Shown in pieces: positions 27,355-35,516 of a DNA stretch of 37,867 bases. Origin of the DNA: an uncultured Vicinamibacteraceae bacterium (GTDB lineage: Bacteria; Acidobacteriota; Vicinamibacteria; Vicinamibacterales; UBA8438); the NCBI GenBank assembly GCA_964348425.1, contig CAYGCV010000003.1, forward strand, positions 1-37,867, written 5' to 3'. Each line of letters opens with the position of its first letter. The first letter of the stretch is position 1. The notes under the pieces are model-generated. The model worked only from the letters and a program-made list of their open reading frames with translations, had not been told where the DNA came from and did not search any database. A program made the translations under genes and the position numbers.

Positions 27355-29615
27355 ACGCCGCCCCCGCCCCCGTGCTGAAGGACCTCGTGCTCATCGGGGG
27401 CGGGCACAGTCACGTCATCGTCCTCAAGCGCCTGGGCATGAAGCCGGTGCCCGGCCTGCGCGTGACCGTCATCGCGCGCGAGGTCCACACGCCGTACTCG
27501 GGGATGCTGCCCGGACTGATCGCCGGGCACTACGGCTTCGACGACGTGCACATCGATCTGGGGCCGCTGACCCGCTTCGCGGGCGCCCGTCTCTACCACG
27601 ACGAGGCGGTCGGTCTCGACCTGGCCGGCCGGACGGTGCAGTGCCGCGGCCGCCCGCCGGTGCCCTACGACGTGCTGTCCATCGACATCGGCGCGTCGCC
27701 TGCCCTGAACGCGGCCGGCGCGGCGGCTCACGCGGTGCCGATCAAGCCGATCGCCACGCTGGTCGACCGCTGGGAGCGGCTGCGGGCCCGGGTGCGCGCG
27801 GCGTCGCGCCCGTTGCAGGTCGGGGTGGTCGGGGCGGGCGCGGCGGGCGTGGAGCTCGTCCTGGCCGTGCAGCACGCCCTGCGGCGCATGCAGGTCGCCG
27901 CCGGCCGCCCGGCGGCGGTGCCCGCCTTTCATCTGTTCAGCGCCACCGACCGCATCCTGCCCACGCACAACCGGCGCGCCCGCGCCAGGTTCGAGGACGT
28001 GCTGCGGGCGCGCGGCGTGCGGGTCCACGCGGGCGCCCGCATCGCCTCGGTGCGCCCCGGCGCCGTGGTCGTCGAGGATGGCTCGGAGCACGCCGTCGAC
28101 GAGGTGCTGTGGGCGACGGAGGCCGGCGCGCAGGCGTGGCCGGGCGAGGCCGGGCTCGCGGTCGACGGGCGGGGCTTCATCGAGGTGGCCGACACCCTGG
28201 AGTCGACGTCGCATCCCGGCGTCTTCGCCGCCGGCGACATCGCGGCCGTCGTGAATCATCCGCGGGAGAAGGCGGGCGTGTTCGCGGTGCGGCAGGGCCC
28301 GCCGCTCGACGCCAATCTGCGGCGCGCCGTGCGCGGCGAACCGTTGCGGCCCTTCCGGCCGCAGCGGCGGTTCCTGAGCCTGATCAGCACCGGCGACCGT
28401 TACGCGGTCGCCTCGCGCGGACCGTGGGCCCTGGCCGGCCGCTGGATCTGGTCGTGGAAGGACCGCATCGACCGGCGCTTCATGGCCCGCTTCAGCCGCC
28501 TGCCGGCGATGGATGCCGGCCCCGCTCCCGATGCGAACCTGGCGCGGCTGGCGCCGGCAGGCGCCGTCCGCGAGCTGTCGGGCGCCGCCATGCGGTGCGC
28601 GGGCTGCGGCTCGAAGGTGGGCGCCACCCTGCTCGACCGGGTCCTCTCGCGGCTGACGCCGTTCCCGCGCGACGACGTCCTGACCGGCCTCGACGCGCCC
28701 GACGACGCCTCGGTCGAGCGTGTCCCGCCCGGCCTCGTCGCCGTACGGACGGTGGACGCCTTCCGGGCGCTCGTAGACGACCCGTACCTCTGCGGCCGGA
28801 TCACCGCCAACCACTGCCTCGGCGACATCTACGCGATGGGTGCCGAGCCGCGGACGGCGCTGGCCATCGTCACGGTGCCGCTGGGTCCGGAGGACAAGAT
28901 GGAAGCGCTGCTGCGCGACCTGCTCGGGGGCATGGTGAAGGCGCTCAACGAGGCGGAGACGGCGCTCGTCGGCGGTCACACGACGGAAGGCGACGACGTG
29001 GCCCTGGGCCTGGCGCTGAGCGGAGTCGTCGATCCGGCGCACGTGCTGCGCAAGAGCGGGATGCGGCCCGGGAACCGTCTGATCCTGACCGCACCGCTCG
29101 GCACGGGGACGCTGTTCGCCGCGCACATGCGGCTCAAGGCCAGGGGGCGCTGGATTGACGGCGCGCTGCGCTCGATGCTGCAATCGAGCCGGGCCGCGGC
29201 CGAGTGCCTGCGCGCGCACGGGGCGACCGCCTGCACCGACGTGACGGGCTTCGGGCTGCTCGGCCATCTCGTCGAGATGGCGCGGGCGTCCGACGTGGAC
29301 GTGCGCCTGTCGCTGCCCGCCGTGCCGTTGCTCGCCGGCGCGCGCGAGACGATCGCCGCGGGGCTGCTCAGCTCGCTGCACCCGCACAACGCGCGCCTGG
29401 GCAGCGCCGTCGTCAACGCCGATGCCGCCGCCGCGTCGATCTACCCTATCCTGTTCGACCCGCAGACGGCCGGCGGGCTGCTGGCCAGCCTGCCCGCCCC
29501 GCGGGCGGAGCGGTGTCTGGAGGAGCTGCAGGGGCTGGGCTACGGCCGCGCGGCGGTCATCGGCAGCGTGGAGCCGCGCGGCGCCCGGGAGGAGCGGATC
29601 ACGATCGAGCTGTAG
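27351..29615 (+). CDS. selD: Selenide,water dikinase fused to an N-terminal FAD-dependent pyridine-nucleotide oxidoreductase
   Basis: N-terminal LVLIGGGHSH, YSGMLPG, VVGAGAAGVEL, VFAAGD, KAGVFAVRQG; C-terminal MRCAGCGSKV, DDAS, GDIYAMG, LVGGHT, TDVTGFGLLGHL, LFDPQTAGGLL; ATGA overlap with the aminotransferase. Confidence 0.93.
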   Translation: MNAAPAPVLKDLVLIGGGHSHVIVLKRLGMKPVPGLRVTVIAREVHTPYSGMLPGLIAGHYGFDDVHIDLGPLTRFAGARLYHDEAVGLDLAGRTVQCRGRPPVPYDVLSIDIGASPALNAAGAAAHAVPIKPIATLVDRWERLRARVRAASRPLQVGVVGAGAAGVELVLAVQHALRRMQVAAGRPAAVPAFHLFSATDRILPTHNRRARARFEDVLRARGVRVHAGARIASVRPGAVVVEDGSEHAVDEVLWATEAGAQAWPGEAGLAVDGRGFIEVADTLESTSHPGVFAAGDIAAVVNHPREKAGVFAVRQGPPLDANLRRAVRGEPLRPFRPQRRFLSLISTGDRYAVASRGPWALAGRWIWSWKDRIDRRFMARFSRLPAMDAGPAPDANLARLAPAGAVRELSGAAMRCAGCGSKVGATLLDRVLSRLTPFPRDDVLTGLDAPDDASVERVPPGLVAVRTVDAFRALVDDPYLCGRITANHCLGDIYAMGAEPRTALAIVTVPLGPEDKMEALLRDLLGGMVKALNEAETALVGGHTTEGDDVALGLALSGVVDPAHVLRKSGMRPGNRLILTAPLGTGTLFAAHMRLKARGRWIDGALRSMLQSSRAAAECLRAHGATACTDVTGFGLLGHLVEMARASDVDVRLSLPAVPLLAGARETIAAGLLSSLHPHNARLGSAVVNADAAAASIYPILFDPQTAGGLLASLPAPRAERCLEELQGLGYGRAAVIGSVEPRGAREERITIEL

Positions 29616-29646
29616 GCTGCCGGGTCAGTCAGACGGAGAGGGACGC

Positions 29647-30132
29647 ATGATCACAGTCGGAGAGAAGGCGCCGGCCTTCGCGCTCAAGAATCAGGACGAT
29701 CGAACGGTTCGCCTGTCACAGTTCGCCGGGCAATGGGTGGTGCTCTACTTCTATCCCCGCGACGACACGCCCGGCTGCACGAAGGAGGCCTGCGAGTTCT
29801 CGGCGGACCTGGACAGCTTCGGCGAGCTGGACGCCGTGGTGCTCGGCTGCAGCCCGGACGACCCCGCGCGTCACCGCGCCTTCATCCGGAAGCACGAGCT
29901 GCAGCTCACCCTGCTCTCGGACCCGGAACGGACCGTGATGAAGCAGTACGGCGCCTGGGGCGAGAAGAAGCTGTACGGCAGGACGACGGTGGGGGTGATC
30001 CGCTCGACGGTCCTCATCGACGGCGCGGGGGCCGTCGCCCATCACTGGCGCGCCGTGCGGGCCGCGGGACACGCCGAGAAGGTGCGGGAAAAGCTGCGCA
30101 CCCTACGCGCCGCCGCGGCGCCCGGGATCTGA
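29647..30132 (+). CDS. bcp: Peroxiredoxin, BCP/PrxQ family
   Basis: VLYFYPRDDTPGCTKEACEF, LLSDP, YGAWGEKKLYG, IRSTVLID. Confidence 0.93.
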   Translation: MITVGEKAPAFALKNQDDRTVRLSQFAGQWVVLYFYPRDDTPGCTKEACEFSADLDSFGELDAVVLGCSPDDPARHRAFIRKHELQLTLLSDPERTVMKQYGAWGEKKLYGRTTVGVIRSTVLIDGAGAVAHHWRAVRAAGHAEKVREKLRTLRAAAAPGI

Positions 30133-30174
30133 GGAGCGGCATTCCGCCCCGTTGTGCTAGACTGCACGCTTCGC

Positions 30175-31455
30175 ATGCGGAATCGGCCGGCGTTCCCGCC
30201 CATCGCGCTCCTGTTCCCCATCATCCTCACGGCGGCAGCGTGCGCCCGGGAGGCACCCGCCCGCACCGCCGTCGACGACGGGGCCGTGCGCGCGGACGAC
30301 ATCTTCCTGCGGCCGCTGCCTCCGGCCGAGCCCGCGAGCCACCGCATCGAGGCCGTCGTCCCGAACCGGGCGACCCTGGCCAGCATCCTCTACGGCCACG
30401 GTCTCGATCGCAACCAGGCCGCACGCGTGATCGACGCGGTGCGCCTGGTGTTCGACCCGCGTCGGTTCCGCGTCGGCAACGCCTACAGCCTGGAGCTGGG
30501 CCCCGACGGAGGGCTGCGCGGCTTCGAGTACGAGGTGGACAGGGATCGGTTCCTGCAGGTTCGCGCGGCGGCGGCTTCCTCCGGGGGCTTCCGCGCCAGG
30601 CTCGTACCTTACGTGAAGGAGCGTCTCGAGCAGGCGATGCGCGGGTTCATCAACCGCGAGCACACGTCGCTCGCGGCGGCGCTCAACGGCGCGGGCGAGC
30701 GGGAGCTGCTCGCGATCGAGCTGGCCGACGTGCTCGCCGGCGAGATCGATTTCAACACGGAGCTGCAGCCCGGCGACGAGTTTGCCGCGCTCGTCGAGAA
30801 GTACTTCCGCGAAGGCGAGTTCGACAGCTACGGCAGCGTGCTGGCGGTCGAGTTCCTCAACGCGGGGCGCCGCGTGCAGGCATTCCGCTTCACGGTGCCG
30901 GGTGAGACCGAGGCGCTCTACTACGACGAGCAGGGCAGGTCGCTCAAGCGGCAGTTCCTGCGCTCGCCGTTCAAGTTCGAGCCGCGCGTCACGTCCCGCT
31001 TCTCCCGGCGCCGCCTGCACCCGATTCTCGGCACGTACCGCCCGCACCTGGGCGTGGACTACGGCGCGCCCACCGGCACGCCCGTCGTGGCCGTGGCCAC
31101 CGGCACGGTGGTGTCGGCCGGCCGCAGCCGGGCATCGGGCAACATGGTCCGGTTGCGCCACACCAACGGCTACGAGACGTACTATCTCCACCTGTCGGCA
31201 TTCGCCCGCGGCGTGCGGCCCGGTGTGCGCATTCTCCAGGGACAGACGATCGGCCGCGTCGGGGCGACCGGCCTGGCGACCGGCCCGCATCTCGACTACC
31301 GGATGAAGAAGAACGGCAAGTTCGTGGATCCCCTAGTCGAGCATCGGAATCTGCCGCCCGGCGTCCCGGTGCCGCAACAGCACCTGGCGGCCTTCCACGA
31401 GACTCGCGGCCGCTTGCTCGAACAGTTGTGGGCGGGGAACGCCCGCGCCGACTAG
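30175..31455 (+). CDS. M23 family peptidoglycan DD-endopeptidase (MepM-like)
   Basis: HLGVDYGAPTGTPV (HxxxD), YETYYLHLS, TGLATGPHLDY; possible lipobox TAAAC. Confidence 0.92.
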   Translation: MRNRPAFPPIALLFPIILTAAACAREAPARTAVDDGAVRADDIFLRPLPPAEPASHRIEAVVPNRATLASILYGHGLDRNQAARVIDAVRLVFDPRRFRVGNAYSLELGPDGGLRGFEYEVDRDRFLQVRAAAASSGGFRARLVPYVKERLEQAMRGFINREHTSLAAALNGAGERELLAIELADVLAGEIDFNTELQPGDEFAALVEKYFREGEFDSYGSVLAVEFLNAGRRVQAFRFTVPGETEALYYDEQGRSLKRQFLRSPFKFEPRVTSRFSRRRLHPILGTYRPHLGVDYGAPTGTPVVAVATGTVVSAGRSRASGNMVRLRHTNGYETYYLHLSAFARGVRPGVRILQGQTIGRVGATGLATGPHLDYRMKKNGKFVDPLVEHRNLPPGVPVPQQHLAAFHETRGRLLEQLWAGNARAD

Positions 31456-31468
31456 CACCCCCGACCGC

Positions 31469-32698
31469 GTGGCCCGCATTCATCCGTTTCGTGCCCTGCG
31501 TCCCGAGCCGGGCGCCGCCGCCGCCGTCGCGGCCGTGCCGTACGACGTCGTGACGACCCGCGAGGCGCGCGCGTTGGCCGCGGGCAATCCGCTGAGCTTC
31601 CTGCACGTCTCCCGGGCGGAGATCGACCTGCCGCCGGACACCGACCCGCACGACGCCGCGGTCTACCGCGCCGCCGCCGGCAACCTGGGGCGGCTCCGGC
31701 GCGACGCGCCGCTCGTGGAGGAGGCTGCGCCATCCCTGTACATCTATCGGCTCTGGACGGAAGATCATGAGCAGACCGGCCTCGCGGCGTGCTACTCGCT
31801 CGACGAGTACGACCGCGGCGTCATCAAGCGGCACGAGAACACCCGGCCCGACAAGGAGGACGATCGGACCCGGCACATGCTCGCGTTGCGAGCGCAGACC
31901 GGCATCGTGTTCCTCACCTACCGGGCCGTGCCCGAGCTCACCGCCCTGCTGCGGCGGGCGGCACAGGATGCGCCGCTGTTCGACCTGCAGGCAGCGGACG
32001 GCGTGCGCCACACGGTCTGGCGGCTGGGTCCCGAGGATCAGGCGGCGGCCGAGGCGGGCTTCGCGCGCGTGCCGGCGCTCTACATCGCCGACGGGCACCA
32101 TCGGATTGCGAGCGCTGCCCGCGCCCGCGACCAGCTCGCCGCCACGGAGGACGGGGCCGGTCGGGCGCGCTTCGTCCTCGGCGTCGCGTTCCCCGATTCC
32201 GACACGCGGATTCAGGCCTACAACCGCACCGTGGCCGACCTGGCGGGGCAGACGCCCGGGCAGTTCCTGGACGCGCTGCGGGCGCGGTTCACGGTCCGGA
32301 CCGACGCCGCGGCCGAACCGCCGCGCGGTCGCGTCGCGATCTACCTGGGTGGGGGCACGTGGCACGATGTCGAGTTGCCGTCCGCGCGGGCCGCGGGCCC
32401 GGGAGCCGATCCCGCCGCCGGGCTCGACGTGGCCGTGCTGCAGGACGCGCTGCTCGCGCCGCTGCTGGCGGTGGGGGACGTGCGGACCGATCCCCGCGTC
32501 GCGTTCGTGGGCGGAGCGCGCGGGACGGGAGCGCTCGAGCGGCTGGTCGACCGCGGCGAGGCCGCCGTCGCGTTCTCCCTGGCGCCGGTCACCACGGCCG
32601 AGCTGTTCGCCGTTTCCGACGCCGGCGGCATGATGCCGCCCAAGTCGACCTGGTTCGAGCCCAAGCTCCGTGACGGCCTGTTGCTGCATCCGATCTGA
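31469..32698 (+). CDS. DUF1015 family protein
   Basis: IHPFRALRP, VPYDVV, SFLHVSRAEID, IKRHENTRPDKEDDR, YIADGHHR, MPPKSTWFEPKLRDGL. Confidence 0.92.
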   Translation: MARIHPFRALRPEPGAAAAVAAVPYDVVTTREARALAAGNPLSFLHVSRAEIDLPPDTDPHDAAVYRAAAGNLGRLRRDAPLVEEAAPSLYIYRLWTEDHEQTGLAACYSLDEYDRGVIKRHENTRPDKEDDRTRHMLALRAQTGIVFLTYRAVPELTALLRRAAQDAPLFDLQAADGVRHTVWRLGPEDQAAAEAGFARVPALYIADGHHRIASAARARDQLAATEDGAGRARFVLGVAFPDSDTRIQAYNRTVADLAGQTPGQFLDALRARFTVRTDAAAEPPRGRVAIYLGGGTWHDVELPSARAAGPGADPAAGLDVAVLQDALLAPLLAVGDVRTDPRVAFVGGARGTGALERLVDRGEAAVAFSLAPVTTAELFAVSDAGGMMPPKSTWFEPKLRDGLLLHPI

Positions 32699-32734
32699 CA
32701 TGCCGGGCGCACGCGCCGCGGACCGCTGAGCATT

Positions 32735-32758
32735 GATCATGGCTGCGATCATGGCTGC
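32735..32758 (+). repeat. Perfect 12-bp tandem duplication spanning the serC start (GATCATGGCTGC x2)
   Basis: Directly visible; gives two in-frame ATGs (32739, 32751). Confidence 0.85.
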
Positions 32759-33845
32759 CGAGCGGGTGTTCAACTTCAATGCCGGTCCCGCCGTCCTGCC
32801 CGAGACGGTGCTGGCGGAAGTCCAGCGCGATCTCCTGGCCCTGCCGGACGCCGGGATGTCGGTGCTGGAGGTGAGCCACCGGTCGGCCACGATGGATGCC
32901 ATTCTCGAGCGCGCGGTCGCCGACATCCGCCGGGTGGCCGGGTTGCCGGACCACTTCCACGTCCTGTTCCTGCAGGGGGGCGCCACCCAGCAGTTCGCGA
33001 TGGTGCCCCTGAATCTGCTGCCGCCCGCCGGATCCGCCGACTACGTCCTGACGGGCGTCTGGTCGCGGAAGGCGTACGAGGAGGCAGCGCAGTTCGGTAC
33101 GGTGCGGGTGGCCGGCTCGACGGAGAGCGAAGGCTTCTCCCGCATTCCGGCCGCCGACGAGCTCGACCTTGCGGACTCGGCGGCCTACCTGCATCTCGCT
33201 TCGAACAACACGATCTGCGGCACCCAGTGGCGTGCGCTGCCGGACAGCGGCGAGGTGCCGCTCGTGGTGGACGCCTCGTCCGACATCTTCAGCCGGCCCG
33301 TCGAGCTCGAGCGCGTGGGCCTGCTGTATGCCGGCGCCCAGAAGAACCTCGGTCCGGCCGGGGTCACGCTCGTGATCGTCCGCGACGACCTCGTGCGCCG
33401 GGTGCCGGCGCGGTCCGGCGTGCCGACGATGCTGCGCTACGCCACCCACGCCGGCGCCGGGTCGCGCCACAACACCCCGCCGGTGTTCGCCATCTACATG
33501 CTCGGCCTGGTCGTCAGGTGGCTGCTGGCCAGCGGCGGACTCGCGGAGATGGCGCGGCGCAACGAGCGCAAGGCCCGCAAGCTGTACGAGGCAATCGACC
33601 GCACGCCGTTCTACCGGGGCACGGCCGCCCCCGACAGCCGCTCGTCGATGAACGTCACCTTCCGGCTCCCGACGCCCGCGCTCGAGACGCGCTTCGTCGA
33701 CGAAGCGCGGCAGGCCGGGCTGGTCGGGCTCCGGGGACACCGCTCGGTCGGCGGCGTGCGGGCGTCGATCTACAACGCCTGTCCCGAGGCGGCCGTCGAC
33801 GCCCTCGCCGCGTTCATGGCCGAGTTCGAGCGCACGCGCGGCTGA
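32739..33845 (+). CDS. serC: Phosphoserine aminotransferase
   Basis: FNFNAGPAVLP, SVLEVSHRS, LFLQGGATQQF, NNTICG, YAGAQKNLGPAG, NTPP, GHRSVGGVRASIYNA; start 32739 or 32751. Confidence 0.96.
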   Translation: MAAIMAAERVFNFNAGPAVLPETVLAEVQRDLLALPDAGMSVLEVSHRSATMDAILERAVADIRRVAGLPDHFHVLFLQGGATQQFAMVPLNLLPPAGSADYVLTGVWSRKAYEEAAQFGTVRVAGSTESEGFSRIPAADELDLADSAAYLHLASNNTICGTQWRALPDSGEVPLVVDASSDIFSRPVELERVGLLYAGAQKNLGPAGVTLVIVRDDLVRRVPARSGVPTMLRYATHAGAGSRHNTPPVFAIYMLGLVVRWLLASGGLAEMARRNERKARKLYEAIDRTPFYRGTAAPDSRSSMNVTFRLPTPALETRFVDEARQAGLVGLRGHRSVGGVRASIYNACPEAAVDALAAFMAEFERTRG

Positions 33846-33957
33846 CCGCGGGGTGGAAGCCCGGCGGGTGTCGCCGAGGGGACCTCCGCGGTCCCGTCGG
33901 GTCCTTGCAGACCTCATCTGATATCATCCCAAAGCGCGTAATCCCAGGGTGGTCGCG

Positions 33958-34461
33958 ATGGGGAAGTACGAACACCTCGGCGAATACCTGATCGAACAGC
34001 CCGGTGACTGCTGCACGCTGACGTTCGGCAGGATCGAAGAGATCATCGGTGCCTCGTTGCCGCCGAGCGCCAGGCGTCATCGGGCATGGTGGGCCAACGA
34101 TGAGACCCACCCGCAAGCACGGAGCTGGATGCGGGCAGGTTGGAGCTCGGACGGACGGCCCGACATCGACAAGGGGCAGGTCGGGTTCGTCAGGACGACG
34201 CGCGGGAGCCGGCAGAGCGGAGGCGAGCGGCGCGCGCAGGTGATCGTGCGAAATCTGGATGCGGCCGTGGTGGAGGGACTCAAGCAGCGAGCGAAGCGGA
34301 GCGGCGTCTCCCTTGAACAGGAGTTGCGAACGCTCCTGACGCGCGCGGTCCGGCCGAGCCGACCCGAGCTGCTCGCGACAGCCGACCGCATCCGAGCCAT
34401 GACGCCCGGTCAGCTCACCGACAGCGTGTCGTTGCTGCGCGCGGACCGCGACAGCCGATGA
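33958..34461 (+). CDS. Antitoxin fusion: N-terminal KY..L..YL...LTF..IE.I....LP.SA...AWWAN domain (DUF7662-like) + C-terminal FitA/Arc-type RHH antitoxin
   Basis: MGKYEHLGEYL...LTFGRIEEIIGASLPPSARRHRAWWAN...QARSWMRAGW, a linker, then AQVIVRNLDAAVVEGLKQRAKRSGVSLEQELRTLL...DSVSLLRADRD; ATGA overlap with the PIN gene. Confidence 0.8.
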   Translation: MGKYEHLGEYLIEQPGDCCTLTFGRIEEIIGASLPPSARRHRAWWANDETHPQARSWMRAGWSSDGRPDIDKGQVGFVRTTRGSRQSGGERRAQVIVRNLDAAVVEGLKQRAKRSGVSLEQELRTLLTRAVRPSRPELLATADRIRAMTPGQLTDSVSLLRADRDSR

Positions 34462-34871
34462 CCATGGTGATTGACGCGAGTGTCGCCTGCAAGTGGTTCT
34501 TCAACGAGCCGCTGGCGGCTGAGGCGCGCATGATCGCGGCGTCCGACGCCACCTTCGTCGCTCCGGACATGATCCTGGCCGAGTGCGCGAACGCCGCCTG
34601 GCGGCGTGTGAGAGACGCTGCGATCACGCCGGCGCACGCCCGGGCGTTCCTGGGCTCGCTCCCGCTCTGGTTCGAGTCCCTGACGCCGATGTCCGAATTG
34701 CACCAGCCGGCGTTCGAGATGGCGCACGAGCTCGGTCACCCGGTCTACGACTGCCTGTACCTCGCGCTGGCGGAACGGGAGCAGTCACCCGTCGTCACCG
34801 CAGATCGCGCGTTCGCGGATCGCGTCGCCGGCTCGCGGTGGAGGAACCTGGTCGAGAACCTGGGAGACTAG
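34458..34871 (+). CDS. vapC: VapC / PIN-domain toxin
   Basis: VIDASVACKWFFNE, APDMILAECANA, VYDCLYLALA, VTADR. Confidence 0.92.
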   Translation: MTMVIDASVACKWFFNEPLAAEARMIAASDATFVAPDMILAECANAAWRRVRDAAITPAHARAFLGSLPLWFESLTPMSELHQPAFEMAHELGHPVYDCLYLALAEREQSPVVTADRAFADRVAGSRWRNLVENLGD

Positions 34872-35092
34872 TCCTGGAGGCGAAGCTCGGCCTCGATGCG
34901 CACGAGCCAGCTACCGAGGAGGCGTCGTGCGAGACGCCGGCCACGGAGCCCGGCGAGGGGTCCGGCGTCGAATAACGCCAATTCGGTGGCGCAAATGCGC
35001 GGCGATTGCCGGCCGGTCTTGGCGCTGGCGATCCGCGGCGGACGAAGCCGGCGCGCGGCGAGATCCGCCTTTGGTGCTACGCTGGTTCGATC

Positions 35093-35353
35093 ATGGACAC
35101 CCACTCGGCGGTGAAGACGTTGACCGCCGCCGGCGCCGATGAAGCGCTCGCCGTCGCCGTGGTCGACGTCGCGCAAAGCGCGGCTGCCGACCACGGTCGC
35201 GAACTGGTTACCAACGCCGACCTGACCGCCTACCGCGCCGACGTGCGCGCCGATTTGACCGCCCTCGAACCGCGCCTGATCAAGTGGATCGTGGGAACCG
35301 GGGTCGCCGTCGCCGGCGCCATCCTCGCGGGATTGCGCCTGCTGCTCAACTGA
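35093..35353 (+). CDS. Small coiled-coil protein with C-terminal membrane anchor (DUF1640/CCDC90-like)
   Basis: MDTHSAVKTLTAAG...LVTNADL...LIKWIVGTGVAVAGAILAGLRLL; TG-C-TACGCT extended -10 about 9 nt upstream and no SD, so possibly leaderless. Confidence 0.75.
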   Translation: MDTHSAVKTLTAAGADEALAVAVVDVAQSAAADHGRELVTNADLTAYRADVRADLTALEPRLIKWIVGTGVAVAGAILAGLRLLLN

Positions 35354-35516
35354 AGTCCAGAATCTCGCCAGGTCGGTCGCCGTCCGACTCTCGGCTGAGG
35401 CTCTCGTCCGGAGACGGAAGATCGGCGGGAACCGGTGTAGGATTGCCGGCACCGGCGGGGTCCCGACGGTCCGGGTGGTCCGCACCCGGTTCCGCGGCAC
35501 GAACGGAGGTTGCGCC

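Noticed and set aside
27351-30132. Selenocysteine recoding in SelD or BCP
   Set aside because: Both have Cys codons at the active sites and no in-frame TGA.
35354-35516. Structured RNA leader before the PQQ dehydrogenase (GGAACCGG...CCGGTTCC, CCGGGTG...CACCCGG)
   Set aside because: Short GC stems are expected by chance at this composition; no known riboswitch motif recognised.
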